Shown here in pieces: positions 10,074 to 20,006 of a stretch of 64,000 nt of DNA; position 1 is the first letter of the stretch; each line of letters opens with the position of its first letter. The translations under genes and the position numbers were made by a program. The DNA is taken from assembly GCA_041640595.1 (NCBI GenBank), contig JBEPZY010000008.1:66566-130565 (forward strand). The letters run 5' to 3'. This DNA is from Gemmatales bacterium. Its GTDB lineage: Bacteria; Planctomycetota; Planctomycetia; Gemmatales; HRBIN36. The notes below the pieces were generated by a model that searched no databases, was not told where the DNA came from, and was given only the letters and a program-made list of their open reading frames with translations.

Positions 10074-10364
10074 TCAGGCATCGCGGCGGACGTAAATCTT
10101 CCACAAATCGGAGTGCTCATCTTCCAGTATGGCCAAGATGGTAAAGCCGGGTCGCAGAATTGCCGCCGGCACTTCAAATTTCGACTCGAGCCAGTCGCCG
10201 ACGATTTCCAGCACTTGTCCCGGTCGGAGCGCTGCGGTGGCTTTCAAGCTCTCCAGAGCCGGGGCGGGACAAATCAGACCGCGGACGTCTAAATGCGCAT
10301 CAATGCGATGCACCCGTCCTTCTTCGTCGCAAATAGTTTCCTGCGGCTCGGCAGATAGCGGCAT
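10074..10364 (-). CDS. TusA/SirA-like sulfurtransferase
   Basis: 96 aa with LDVRGLICPAPALE (CPxP active-site motif). Confidence 0.8.
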   Translation of the reverse strand: MPLSAEPQETICDEEGRVHRIDAHLDVRGLICPAPALESLKATAALRPGQVLEIVGDWLESKFEVPAAILRPGFTILAILEDEHSDLWKIYVRRDA

Positions 10365-10579
10365 AGCGGAATCACCAGGACTGTTGAGGCGGGAGGACGG
10401 TCAGAATCACGCTTGCCATGAATCTCCGCGCAACCAGTTTCCCAGGCGCGGCTGGCTTGCGATATGGATAGAAAGCCGCACGCCAAACAGCAAGGCAGCA
10501 CCCCTTGCGGTGACGGATCCTGCCTTTTTCCACGCACGGTTCCGCCTTGCTCCGTCAACGCATCCACTTCCGCCCAAAA

Positions 10580-10689
10580 TTGCAGTGCCCGATGGGTCGG
10601 TTGTGACGAATGGCGGGGATAACTTTTGCTCGCAGGAGCCACCTGGGTTAACTTGCAGTGCCCGATTGGTTGCTTTTGACGAATGGCGC
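10580..10689. repeat. intergenic direct-repeat pair, 73-bp period
   Basis: 36-nt repeat TTGCAGTGCCCGATgGGTcGgTTgTGACGAATGGCG at 10580 and 10653 (4 mismatches), separated by about 37 nt of unrelated sequence. Confidence 0.85.
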
Positions 10690-10952
10690 TTACGGCGAGT
10701 TGGTTGTTTTGTATCGGCGATAGCGGTATTGCCATTCCGTCGAGGACGCAGGCGTCCAGGACTATTTCTCGGAAATCGTTTCACCAAACCGCACAGAGGG
10801 CAGCAGGCGACAAGCGCACGACAGCGTTGCCCAGGATGTTGCCGCAAGTCGTTTCTTGAAAGCGGACGCACACGCCGCTACGAGTTCTGCGCGATAAAAT
10901 AAACGAGGAGCAGATAACGCTACCGGGGCCGCGAACAATAGAGACCCTGACT

Positions 10953-11132
10953 ATGGAGAAATGGCTGACGCTCGGCTCGCTGATTATTTGCTGCGTGCTC
11001 CTGGCCGTCTTTGCCGTGGATATCGCTATCGGCTTTCCGTTTGGCCGAAGCATCTTCCTGGACATCTGCGCTATGCTGGCGGCCGGGATTGTGGCGTACC
11101 TCTCCTGGGACGTTTACCGCGAGATCACGTGA
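10953..11132 (+). CDS. small two-TM membrane protein (59 aa)
   Basis: Below the track's 60-aa cut-off. MEKWLTLGSLIICCVLLAVFAVDIAIGFPFGRSIFLDICAMLAAGIVAYLSWDVYREIT has two hydrophobic helices and host-like codon usage. Confidence 0.4.
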   Translation: MEKWLTLGSLIICCVLLAVFAVDIAIGFPFGRSIFLDICAMLAAGIVAYLSWDVYREIT

Positions 11133-11143
11133 TAGCGGGATTT

Positions 11144-12694
11144 TTAGGGTGGCGGTAACTGCGACGAACCGGAACGGGATTGTGCCAGGCGTAGGAGCGT
11201 CTGCACCAGGCCCGGCATAGTGTACTCGCTGGCCTCGGCATTTACCGGCAAACCGAGTTCGCGTAACGTTGCCCCGGTAACCGGACTCAGGGCCACCAGT
11301 TGTGTTTTTGTGCCCAGGTGAGCACGCATGGGAGCATCGAGTAGTCTCGCCAGTGCCCGTGCCAGATTGCTGCTGGTCAACGGTATGAAATCATATTCTC
11401 CCTGCCTCAGCCGCTCGGCAATTATCGGGGGCAGGTCGGTGATTTCCCGCTGGGAATAGACGGCCACCTGTTCCACTTCAGCGCTGGCGGACAATTGCTG
11501 GGGCAAAACGTCCCGTCCGCGATCGGCTCGTAATAACAACACGCGGCATCCACGCACCAGCGGCAAAAGACTCTCGGCCAGGTTTTCCGAGCGGTATTCT
11601 TCGGGGACAACGTCGGCACGCAGGTGAAATTCCGCCAGGGCCTGCGCGGTGCCGGGACCGATTGCGGCCAGCCGAACGCTGCCGAAGATACGCAGGTCGG
11701 CCCCCACTTCTCCCAGGGCGTGCATGGTGGACTGCACACCGTTTCGACTGGTGAAAACCACCCACTGAAACGCTCCCTGACCCAGCTGGGTCAGGGCCTG
11801 GCGAACCTTATCCGGTTGTGGCGGCGGGCCGATTTCCAGCAGCGGACAGACATCCACTACCGCGCCGAGCAGTTCCAGATGGCGAGCCAGAGTTTGCGCC
11901 TGGGTGCGGGGCCGAATCAGTAAGATGCGTCGGCCCAGGAGCGGTCGCTGTTCCCACCACGAGAGGGTTTTTCGCAATCCCACAACCGAGCCAATCAAAG
12001 TAATTGCCGGGGCAGCCAAGCCCGCTTGCCGCACCGCTTCTGCCAGCTGGCCCAGTGGCGCGGCCGCACTGCGTTGCTTGCCTGTGGTGGCCCATTGCAC
12101 AGTGATCGCCGGTGTATCGGCCGGCAACCCGTGCCGGATCAGTTGCTCCGCGATGTACCCCAGGCGTTCAAATCCCATGTAAATGGCCAGCGTCCCCGGA
12201 AAGCGAGCTAAACTGGCCCAGTCGAGTTCGGGGCTATCTTCGGCCTGATGCCCGGTGATGAAAGCGACGGCACTGCTCAGACTGCGATGGGTCAGCGGTA
12301 TGCCCGTGTAGGCCGCAGCTCCTTGTGCCGCACTGATACCGGGCACGATCTCGAACGGGATGCCAGCTTCTGCCAGGGCCAGGAATTCTTCCCCTCCGCG
12401 GCCGAAAATCAGAGGATCTCCTCCTTTCAGTCGCACTACGGTTTTTCCCCGACGGGCATAGTCCACCAGCATGGCACTGACTCTGGGCGCGCGCTGCTCG
12501 TGAGTTTCGCCCCATTCCCGCACGCAATGCTTTTCCGCCTGCGGTGCCCAATCGAGCAGACGTTCGCTGACCAGCTGATCGTAGATCACCACGTCGGCTT
12601 CCTGCAAACATTCCACCGCGCGCAGCGTCAACAAACCCGGATCACCGGGCCCAGCGCCGACAAGATAGACTTTTCCGATCTGCGGCGTTGCCAT
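11144..12694 (-). CDS. cobA: uroporphyrinogen-III C-methyltransferase / uroporphyrinogen-III synthase fusion
   Basis: SUMT motifs VYLVGAGPGDPGLLTLRA and VVRLKGGDPLIFGRGGEE, followed by a HemD-like C-terminal half. Start trimmed to MATPQIGKVY (12694); the track ORF extends to 12892. Confidence 0.9.
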   Translation of the reverse strand: MATPQIGKVYLVGAGPGDPGLLTLRAVECLQEADVVIYDQLVSERLLDWAPQAEKHCVREWGETHEQRAPRVSAMLVDYARRGKTVVRLKGGDPLIFGRGGEEFLALAEAGIPFEIVPGISAAQGAAAYTGIPLTHRSLSSAVAFITGHQAEDSPELDWASLARFPGTLAIYMGFERLGYIAEQLIRHGLPADTPAITVQWATTGKQRSAAAPLGQLAEAVRQAGLAAPAITLIGSVVGLRKTLSWWEQRPLLGRRILLIRPRTQAQTLARHLELLGAVVDVCPLLEIGPPPQPDKVRQALTQLGQGAFQWVVFTSRNGVQSTMHALGEVGADLRIFGSVRLAAIGPGTAQALAEFHLRADVVPEEYRSENLAESLLPLVRGCRVLLLRADRGRDVLPQQLSASAEVEQVAVYSQREITDLPPIIAERLRQGEYDFIPLTSSNLARALARLLDAPMRAHLGTKTQLVALSPVTGATLRELGLPVNAEASEYTMPGLVQTLLRLAQSRSGSSQLPPP

Positions 12695-13111
12695 CGTCAA
12701 GCCTGGCCCCGTTACCGACCGACAAAGAAATAGGCTTTCCCCGGCAGTCGTGCAGCGCTGTGCCTTGCTACGTGCCATTTTACCGTCTGGTATGAAAACT
12801 CGCCCAGCTAACGCAGCCGCGTGCTTATTCGCTTCGCGGAACGGCTGCCGACAGACCAACCTGCTTCCACCTTGCACTGGCATTCCTGCCATTTCTCGTA
12901 AGCGGGTGCTGAACGAGCGTCACTACGCCGACCAGGCTGGAACTGGGCCTTTGCTTGGACAGCTCAGCACGAAACTATCATCTTCGCCTTGCTGTCATTG
13001 TGCCGGACGCGTAGTATACCTTTGATAGTACCCGCCTGATGTGCTGACCTTTCCGGTCTATCCCGCCAACGGGCAGATGCCCGTCATCCTGCCAGAAGAA
13101 GGGGGGCGAAG

Positions 13112-14536
13112 ATGTCCTGCCGCAGCGTAGTTTCACCTGGCTGCCCGGAGTACGGTGTTCTGGATTCCTGGAGCCGCCGGGAATTTCTTCGCGTCGGTGC
13201 CTTGAGTGCCTTTGGGCTTTCCCTGCCTCAGCTTTTCCGTGCTGAGGCGCAGGCTTCGGCATACGGCGAGACGGTGCGGCCCCGGGCGAAGGCGTGTATC
13301 CTGGTCTTTTTGTCCGGCGGGCCGAGTCATTACGAAACCTTCGACCCGAAACCGGAAGCGCCAACGGAGTACCGCACGATTTTCGGCGTGGCGCAAACAC
13401 CGATTCCGGGCGTTTATTTGTGTGAACATCTGTCGCGGTTGGCACGGTTGGCCAATCGCTTTGCCCTGGTGCGGAGCATGTCGCACAAATTCACAGGACA
13501 CTTCGGCGGCCATCGTTACGTGCTGACGGGGCATTTCGCTCCCGGTAACCCCGACCAGCCGGCTCGTCCCGATGACAAACCGGGACTGGCTTCGTTGGCG
13601 GCCAGGTTCCTGGCGCGGCGCAATGTCGCCATGCCCCCCACGTTCATGCTGCCGTGGGTCGCCACCGATCAGGGAAGCGGAGCCAGTGGCGGGATGCTGG
13701 CTGGTACGCTCGGCAAACAATACGATCCGGTGGTCATCGAAGCCGACATGAACTCGCTGAAAAATCCCAACCAGCCACCGGTATTCCGTGTGCCGGAATT
13801 CGCCTTGCAGCCGGATGTTACCCCGCAACGACTCACCGAGCGCCGGAGTTTACTGCAAATCGTGGATCAGGCCCGGCAGGAACTCGCTCAGCAAGCTGCG
13901 CTGGCCGATATGGATACCTTTTACCGCAAGGCGTTTGAACTGCTCACCTCCAACCAGATTCGTGAAGCCTTCGATCTGGACAAAGAACCGGCTAAGCTGC
14001 GCGAAGAATACGGCCTGAATGCGTTTGGACAGTCGTGTCTGCTGGCCCGCCGGCTCATCGAAAGGCAGGCTCGGTTCGTGCAGATCAATTTCTCCCGCAA
14101 CGTGACCCAGGATCGCTATGGCTGGGATACGCACAACAAAGGCCGCGAGACCCTCAAAGACCATCTCCTGCCCAAACTCGATGCCGGACTCAGCACTTTG
14201 CTGACCGATCTGGAATCGCGCGGGCTGTTGCAGGAGACCCTGGTGGTGGCGATGGGCGAGTTTGGCCGCACACCTCGCGTCAAGCCGGACGGTGGTCGCG
14301 ATCACTGGCCGCAATGCTACTCCATTTTGCTCGCCGGCGGCGGTATCCACGGCGGGCTGGTCTATGGCAGTTCCGACAAGCATGGTGCCTACCCGGCCAG
14401 CGATCCCGTCGAACCACGACAAATCATCCTGACGGTGCTGACGCTCCTGGGCATTCCCACGGCGATGCCCGATCCGCAGGGCCGCGTGGTGCCGCTCTTC
14501 GATGGCTATCACCCGGTGGAACGGCTTTATTCGTGA
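13112..14536 (+). CDS. DUF1501 domain protein (sulfatase-like) with Tat signal
   Basis: Twin-arginine leader SRREFLRVGALSAFGLSL. DUF1501-type motifs FLSGGPSHYETFDPKP, GEFGRTP and GRDHW. Confidence 0.92.
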   Translation: MSCRSVVSPGCPEYGVLDSWSRREFLRVGALSAFGLSLPQLFRAEAQASAYGETVRPRAKACILVFLSGGPSHYETFDPKPEAPTEYRTIFGVAQTPIPGVYLCEHLSRLARLANRFALVRSMSHKFTGHFGGHRYVLTGHFAPGNPDQPARPDDKPGLASLAARFLARRNVAMPPTFMLPWVATDQGSGASGGMLAGTLGKQYDPVVIEADMNSLKNPNQPPVFRVPEFALQPDVTPQRLTERRSLLQIVDQARQELAQQAALADMDTFYRKAFELLTSNQIREAFDLDKEPAKLREEYGLNAFGQSCLLARRLIERQARFVQINFSRNVTQDRYGWDTHNKGRETLKDHLLPKLDAGLSTLLTDLESRGLLQETLVVAMGEFGRTPRVKPDGGRDHWPQCYSILLAGGGIHGGLVYGSSDKHGAYPASDPVEPRQIILTVLTLLGIPTAMPDPQGRVVPLFDGYHPVERLYS

Positions 14537-14619
14537 GGGCTGGCCTGGAACCGAACGGCACGTCGAGTCTGGACAACACGCATCGCTAATTGGAATTTGA
14601 ACAAGACGCATCGCCATGC

Positions 14620-15680
14620 GGAGCACAAGAGCGGCGGGCGTCAGCCCGCCGTGGTTCGGGAAACGCACTTGCTGGACGATCCGATTTGCGTTCGGCGAAC
14701 AACCGCACTAGGAGCGGCGGGCGTCAGCCCGCCGTGGTACCGAAAAACGCACCTGCAACGGGGAGCGATTTTCGGGCACTGATTGCATTAGCCACGCACG
14801 ACGGGCCAGTGTACCACGGGGGGCTTACGCCCCCCGCTCTTGGTTGTGCGTGCGGTAGAGCCATGACGAGAGCGGCTTACGTTACCGGGACGCTTCGCCG
14901 CACAGCCACGGCTGGCTTACCCCAGCCGCTCCTGGTGCACGGTGTCGGTCGCGCGAAAAAATAACGACATTCGCGGTGCACAAACGCACATTCTACAGGA
15001 GCGGCGGGCGTCAGCCCGCCGTGGGTTGGCAAACGCGCTTGCAGGACGATTCGATTTGTGTTCGGCGAATAACCGCACCAAGAGCGGCGGGCGTCAGCCC
15101 GCCGTGGTACCGAAAAACGCACCTGCAACGGGGAGCGATTTCCGGGAACTGATTACATTCGCCACGCACCACGGGCCAGTGTACCACGGGGGGCTTACGC
15201 CCCCCGCTCTTGGTTGCGCGTACGGTAGAGCCGTGACAAGAGCGGCTTATGTTACCGGGACGCTTCGCCGCACAGCCACGGCTGGCTTACGCCAGCCGCT
15301 CCTGGTGCACGGTGTCGGTCGCGCGAAAAAATAACGACATTCGCGGTGCACAAACGCACATTCTACAGGAGCGGCGGGCGTCAGCCCGCCGTGGTTCGGG
15401 AAAGGCACTTGCAGGACGGTTCGATTTGCGTTCGGCGAATAACCGCACGAGGAGCGGCGGGGGTCAGCCCGCCGTGGTACCGAACAGCGCACCTGCAACG
15501 GGGAGCGATTTCCGGGAACTGATTACATTCGCCACGCACGACGGGCCAGTGTACCACGGGGGGCTTACGCCCCCCGCTCCTGTGTTGCGGTGCGAATGTC
15601 TGCCGGCAAAAAAGCGATTTTTGCGATGGACGAACGCATGTTCACAAGAGCGGCGGGGGTCAGCCCGCCGTGGGTGACAA
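14620..15680. repeat. ~2.9 copies of a 370-bp higher-order tandem repeat built from GC-rich hairpins
   Basis: GGTGTCGGTC recurs at 14941 and 15311 (370-bp period). Each unit holds two GGCGGGC-GTCA-GCCCGCC hairpins 83 bp apart. Each also holds GGGGGGC-TTAC-GCCCCCC, GGCTGG-CTTACS-CCAGCC and CGCGAA-N12-TTCGCG. Confidence 0.95.
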
Positions 15681-16060
15681 CGTGACAGCAACGGCGATAC
15701 GGCACACATTCGGACACGGTCATCACACCCGACCAGGAGCGATGGTCGCCAGTTCTCCGTGTGCTGCGAAACACCGTAACCATGATTCCGCACTTACCGG
15801 CAGTTCGATGCCGCAGGGGCAAGGTGAGCCACCACGCTGAGGTTGGGCCTGGCGTTGTCCGGACGGTCCGGAGGGAAAATTTTTGGCAAACTGGGCTTGA
15901 CATAATGACATGCAGTTGATTTTCTTTACAGCTGCAAAGCAGTTCGTCGCCCGGAACCGAACGGAGACGGAGATGCGAATGCGGAAGATCGCTGTCGGTG
16001 TGTGACCGACAGTCGTTGGTCAGAAGGGATTCGTCTCCACAAAAGGAAAGGAGGACACCT

Positions 16061-16660
16061 GTGGAGATCACCGAAATTCGCATCAAGCTCATGGACGAGA
16101 AGAAGGGTGGTAACGAACGCTTGCAGGCGTTCTGTTCCATCACCTTCGACAACATGTTCGTGGTGCGTGACCTCAAGATTATTGAGGGAGCAAAAGGCCA
16201 GTTTGTGGCTATGCCGAGTCGCAAATTGGCCGACCGTTGCCCGACGTGTCGGTGCAAAAATCACCTGCAGGCCCGCTTCTGCAACAATTGTGGCCGGCGG
16301 TTGGATGAAAATCGCGCACCACGCGATGCCAGCGGTCGAGTTCGGCTCCACGCTGACGTAGCCCATCCCATCAACGCTGCCTCCCGCGAGTACATCGAAA
16401 AGGCCATCCTCAAGGCCTACTACGAGGAACTCGAGCGGGCCAAGCAGCCGGGCTACGTTTGCCGCTACGACGATTACGAAACTGAGGATGATTACGTCAG
16501 CTACGAGCCGATGACCGAAACCTGCACCGGTGGCGAAAAAATCCGTCGTGATGCCGGGCACGCCGCAGTTGCACCGCCGACGGCCACTACGAACGAATCC
16601 TGCTCGCGCAGCGAACCGCCTCGACCCTTCGGAGCGGGCGTGGAATCTGCGGCTAGCTGA
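16061..16660 (+). CDS. spoVG: SpoVG family protein with internal zinc-ribbon insertion and acidic C-terminal tail
   Basis: GTG start at 16061 preceded by AAGGAGG. VEITEIRIKLMDEKKGGNERLQAFCSITFDNMFVVRDLKIIEGAKGQFVAMPSRK is SpoVG-like, with the later ...AHPINAASREYIEKAIL. A CPTCRCKNHLQARFCNNCG ribbon lies between the two conserved blocks. Confidence 0.85.
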   Translation: MEITEIRIKLMDEKKGGNERLQAFCSITFDNMFVVRDLKIIEGAKGQFVAMPSRKLADRCPTCRCKNHLQARFCNNCGRRLDENRAPRDASGRVRLHADVAHPINAASREYIEKAILKAYYEELERAKQPGYVCRYDDYETEDDYVSYEPMTETCTGGEKIRRDAGHAAVAPPTATTNESCSRSEPPRPFGAGVESAAS

Positions 16661-17573
16661 ACGCTTCGAGCTTGGGCAGAGCGCACTCTTGCCCGGCCTG
16701 GATCAGGGCACGAAGATGCGCCCGGAGCCAGGCCCAATCGGTGCTGGTGTCCACATCATACCACGGCGGCAACAACGCCCAGCGTAACCGCGTGGTTTCC
16801 AGGCGCTGCACTGTCTGCTCGAACACCTGCGCACTGTCCCATGCTATGTCCGTAAAAATAGGCAGGCGTTGCTCTCCCAATAGCGCTGGCAACCGCTGTC
16901 GCATGTCCGGTTCCAAGGTCCGGTTCTCCGGCAGATGCGGTTGCACTGAGGGAAACAGTGTTAGCAGCCAGCGCAGCGACCATCGGCAACCGAGCAGATA
17001 GTATCCGCCATCCCAGGCCGGGCCGAGCACTACTTCCACTTGCCGCAGCCACTCTATAGCCGTTCCAATGTAGCCCAGTGGCAACGTAGGACTGTCTGTG
17101 CCGAGAAAAATTACCGCGTCCTGTCCAGCCGCCCATTCGCTCAAGAGCAGCGTCTGCAAACGTTCACCGAGGTCGCCCTTACTTTGGGGAAGCAGAACAA
17201 AATCCTGCCCCGCCAGTTCGGCAAACTGTGTAGCTGCCTGTTGCGGTGCATAGGCGAGCACTCGCCGCAACCGGACTGACTCCCGGCCACACCAGCTGAA
17301 ACTGGCTGCTGGCAATTCCTGCAAGTCCCCCAGCCGCAAAGGCTGGCCAGAATCGCCTGGCGGTGCGAATCCCTGGCCTTTCGGTTGAGGCGGACCTGTG
17401 CAAAGTCCAAATGCCGCCGGGTTGGCCTTGCCCAGACGGAAAACCGTATCGGCAAGCATCGCCTGAGCGATCGCCAGTGCCTGTGTTTCACCAAGTTCCT
17501 GGGCAAGACGGGTTTTGCTCTGGCCAGCTTCGGGCCATTTCGCCATCACCACGAGGCTGATTCGCAGATTCAT
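16653..17573 (-). CDS. DUF2064 (TIGR04282-like) nucleotidyl/glycosyltransferase family protein
   Basis: Start trimmed to MNLRISLVVMAKWPEAGQSKTRLAQELGETQALAIAQAMLADTV, the family N-terminal pattern. The track ORF extends to 17798. Confidence 0.7.
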   Translation of the reverse strand: MNLRISLVVMAKWPEAGQSKTRLAQELGETQALAIAQAMLADTVFRLGKANPAAFGLCTGPPQPKGQGFAPPGDSGQPLRLGDLQELPAASFSWCGRESVRLRRVLAYAPQQAATQFAELAGQDFVLLPQSKGDLGERLQTLLLSEWAAGQDAVIFLGTDSPTLPLGYIGTAIEWLRQVEVVLGPAWDGGYYLLGCRWSLRWLLTLFPSVQPHLPENRTLEPDMRQRLPALLGEQRLPIFTDIAWDSAQVFEQTVQRLETTRLRWALLPPWYDVDTSTDWAWLRAHLRALIQAGQECALPKLEAFS

Positions 17574-17652
17574 GGTTACCGCAAACCGATGGGGGGTTGC
17601 AAATGGTATCCGTGGCTCGAATCGGTCTGGCGAGCCGCACCGCACGGGCATT

Positions 17653-18381
17653 TCACGAAGGCTTGATTTGAATGGTATGCACAATCGCCGGGGGCAGGTT
17701 GCACCATACCAGTTGCCGCGTCTCCTGATGGCGCTGGAAAAATTTTTCGGTCCACCTGCCGATGCAATACAGTCGGCGTTTCTCGCGTTTGCCGACAAAC
17801 GGCATCTTCAACTGGCGAATCCACAGGTACTCGAAATAAACCAGCCAGCCCCCTGGCCGTAGCAATCGCTCCATGTGGTCGAGAATCTCCCGGACTGTGG
17901 CTGCCGAGAAGTTGTTTAGAGGCAAACCGGAAATGATGCAATCGGCAGGCTGTTCCGGTTGAAACTCCTGAATGGGAACGGGATGCAGATAAACCTGCTC
18001 CAGGTACTGGCGAAAGAGCGATTCACGGGCAAACCGCACCTGCAGGAATTCCACGAAACGGGGATTGATTTCCACGAGGTCGAGGCGATCGCCGGCTTGC
18101 AGCGCGGGAAGTATCCAGGCGGTGATCGCTCCCGTTCCCGGTCCCACCTCCACGATTCGCCAGGGAGGCCGGGGCTGGCGCAATATCGCCGTCATCGCCC
18201 GAGCCAGGAATCGGCTGCTCGGTGCGATGGCTCCAGTATGCTGAAAATCCCGCCACCATTCAGCCCAAAAGTGTATCCAGCTCCGCCACATGATCCGCTT
18301 GCCGTCTCGTCTCCGTCGCCAGCTGAGCCGTGGGTTCGCCGATAGCGTTCGGCTGATTCGGCCGGGCATCGTCCGGTTCAC
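17653..18381 (-). CDS. class I SAM-dependent methyltransferase (COG3963 phospholipid N-methyltransferase-like)
   Basis: TGAIAPSSRFLARAM and the SAM-binding motif IVEVGPGTGAIT. The start may be the internal MWRSW. Confidence 0.8.
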   Translation of the reverse strand: MNRTMPGRISRTLSANPRLSWRRRRDGKRIMWRSWIHFWAEWWRDFQHTGAIAPSSRFLARAMTAILRQPRPPWRIVEVGPGTGAITAWILPALQAGDRLDLVEINPRFVEFLQVRFARESLFRQYLEQVYLHPVPIQEFQPEQPADCIISGLPLNNFSAATVREILDHMERLLRPGGWLVYFEYLWIRQLKMPFVGKREKRRLYCIGRWTEKFFQRHQETRQLVWCNLPPAIVHTIQIKPS

Positions 18382-18652
18382 GTCGTCCTATGTTGCGGCG
18401 CTCTCCGACACCTGCCGGGCGCTCAGCCCCTGTCCACAAATTAGCGAATACTTCTGCACACGGCGCTGGGGGACCGGTACTTTCCCGATACGCTCGCGAT
18501 TCGTTGCATGAGCGGTTCGACAAACTAACCCCAGGGACGAAAAGGAGCAAGCAGGCACTGCCGCTAGCCAACGGCAAGTTTTTCCGTTTCAGGAGCCGGT
18601 GCCGTTGTCGCCTGTGGACAATTCTCGTGATTTAGGTAAAACTAAACACAAT

Positions 18653-18670
18653 GATTAGACTAAACTAATC
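18653..18670. promoter_or_regulatory. inverted repeat GATTAG-N6-CTAATC in an AT-rich island (candidate operator)
   Basis: Perfect 6+6 inverted repeat inside the only strongly AT-rich stretch (18630-18672) of the intergenic region between the methyltransferase and the metal ABC operon. AAACTAA occurs as a direct repeat on both sides. Confidence 0.3.
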
Positions 18671-18847
18671 TACGGAGCTTCCACGACGGAATGTGAAATT
18701 GCGGCGGATGGGCTTGCCCTGGCGGCAATTGTGGCGAATCAACTTCCCGCCACACGCCCAAGCGAAGCCAGGATTGGCTCTGCAACGCTTTTTGCGGTGG
18801 ATACAAATAGCGGCCAGCGCTTGCCTACGCCCTGACGGAAACGCCAC

Positions 18848-19939
18848 ATGCCAACGCATGGCCATAACGACACGCCAGCAGATGCTTGCACTGAGCGCAT
18901 TGAAGATGAAAAATCACCAGCCGGAGTCTCGGTGAGGCTGAGCAGACTGAAGGTCACCTGGGTTTGGCTCATCCTGGGGTTGCTGCTGAGTGTGGCCGTC
19001 AGCGGTTGCGGGTCGGGTTCTGAAGCTCCAGCTTCCATGCCGCTGGTGGAAGACGGCCAGGTGCGCGTTCCCTGGACGTTTCGCGGCAGTTATCCGATTC
19101 GTGTGGTGTGCACGACGGGAATGGTGGGGGACCTGGTTCGCCACACCGGCGGGGAATGGGTGCAGGTGCACGTGTTGATGGGGCCGGGCGTGGACCCGCA
19201 CCTGTACAAAGCCCGTCCCAATGACGTGGCACTTCTTCAGCGGGCCGATCTTGTCTTTTATTCCGGTCTGCATTTGGAAGGGAAAATGGCGGAGGTTCTG
19301 GAAAATTTGCCGAAGCAAGGGCGCCTGGCGTTTGCGGTGACCGCAGCCCTGTCGCATCACGATTTGCTTGCCGAAGGCGAGCAATTCGATCCGCACGTAT
19401 GGTTTGATGTACGATTGTGGCACAAATGTTTGCTTTTGGTGCGCGATGTGTTTATGCAATATGATCCTCAGCATGCCGAAGATTATCGCCGCAATGCTGA
19501 GGCTTACGGCAAGCGGTTGCTGGATTTAGACCAGTGGGCCCGGGAACAGATCCAGCAAATTCCGCCGAAACAACGCCTGTTAGTGACTGCCCACGATGCC
19601 TTTCGCTATTTTGGCCGGGCTTATGGCATTGAGGTACACGGGATTCAGGGGATCAGTACCGAAAGCGAAGCCAGCACCGTAGAAATAGATGCCCTGGTGG
19701 AGCTGCTGGTAACCCGCAACGTCAAAGCGATTTTTGTCGAAAGCAGTGTCAATCCGCGAAACGTCCAGGCCGTGGTGGAAGGTTGCCGACGCCGCGGACA
19801 TAAGCTTCGCATTGGCGGCGAATTATATTCCGATGCGATGGGCGAATACCGGCCTGGCGTCACTGATGAAGACAACCCGGGCACCTATCTGGGCATGATG
19901 CGCCACAATGTCCGCACGATTGTCGAGGCGTTACGGTGA
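18848..19939 (+). CDS. metal (Zn/Mn-type) ABC transporter substrate-binding lipoprotein, TroA/ZnuA family
   Basis: Lipobox [12 protein letters not shown]. Family motifs [12 protein letters not shown] and [10 protein letters not shown] likely alternative start is the GTG at 18932, after GGAG. Confidence 0.9.
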   Translation: MPTHGHNDTPADACTERIEDEKSPAGVSVRLSRLKVTWVWLILGLLLSVAVSGCGSGSEAPASMPLVEDGQVRVPWTFRGSYPIRVVCTTGMVGDLVRHTGGEWVQVHVLMGPGVDPHLYKARPNDVALLQRADLVFYSGLHLEGKMAEVLENLPKQGRLAFAVTAALSHHDLLAEGEQFDPHVWFDVRLWHKCLLLVRDVFMQYDPQHAEDYRRNAEAYGKRLLDLDQWAREQIQQIPPKQRLLVTAHDAFRYFGRAYGIEVHGIQGISTESEASTVEIDALVELLVTRNVKAIFVESSVNPRNVQAVVEGCRRRGHKLRIGGELYSDAMGEYRPGVTDEDNPGTYLGMMRHNVRTIVEALR

Positions 19940-20006
19940 TCCGGCCCGTTGGCAGCGCGGGACCACGCCAGCCGCCAGGAACGAGGTACTAATCGGAGCC
20001 GCTGTC

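Noticed and set aside
14590-15793. Track ORFs inside the 370-bp repeats (14590-14964, 14942-15334, 15249-15677 and antisense partners) with recurring GGRQPAVV / HGGLTPAA peptides
   Set aside because: Both strands are open only because of GC-rich palindromes. The 'proteins' are repeats of hairpin sequence with no start context. I treat them as non-coding repeat DNA.
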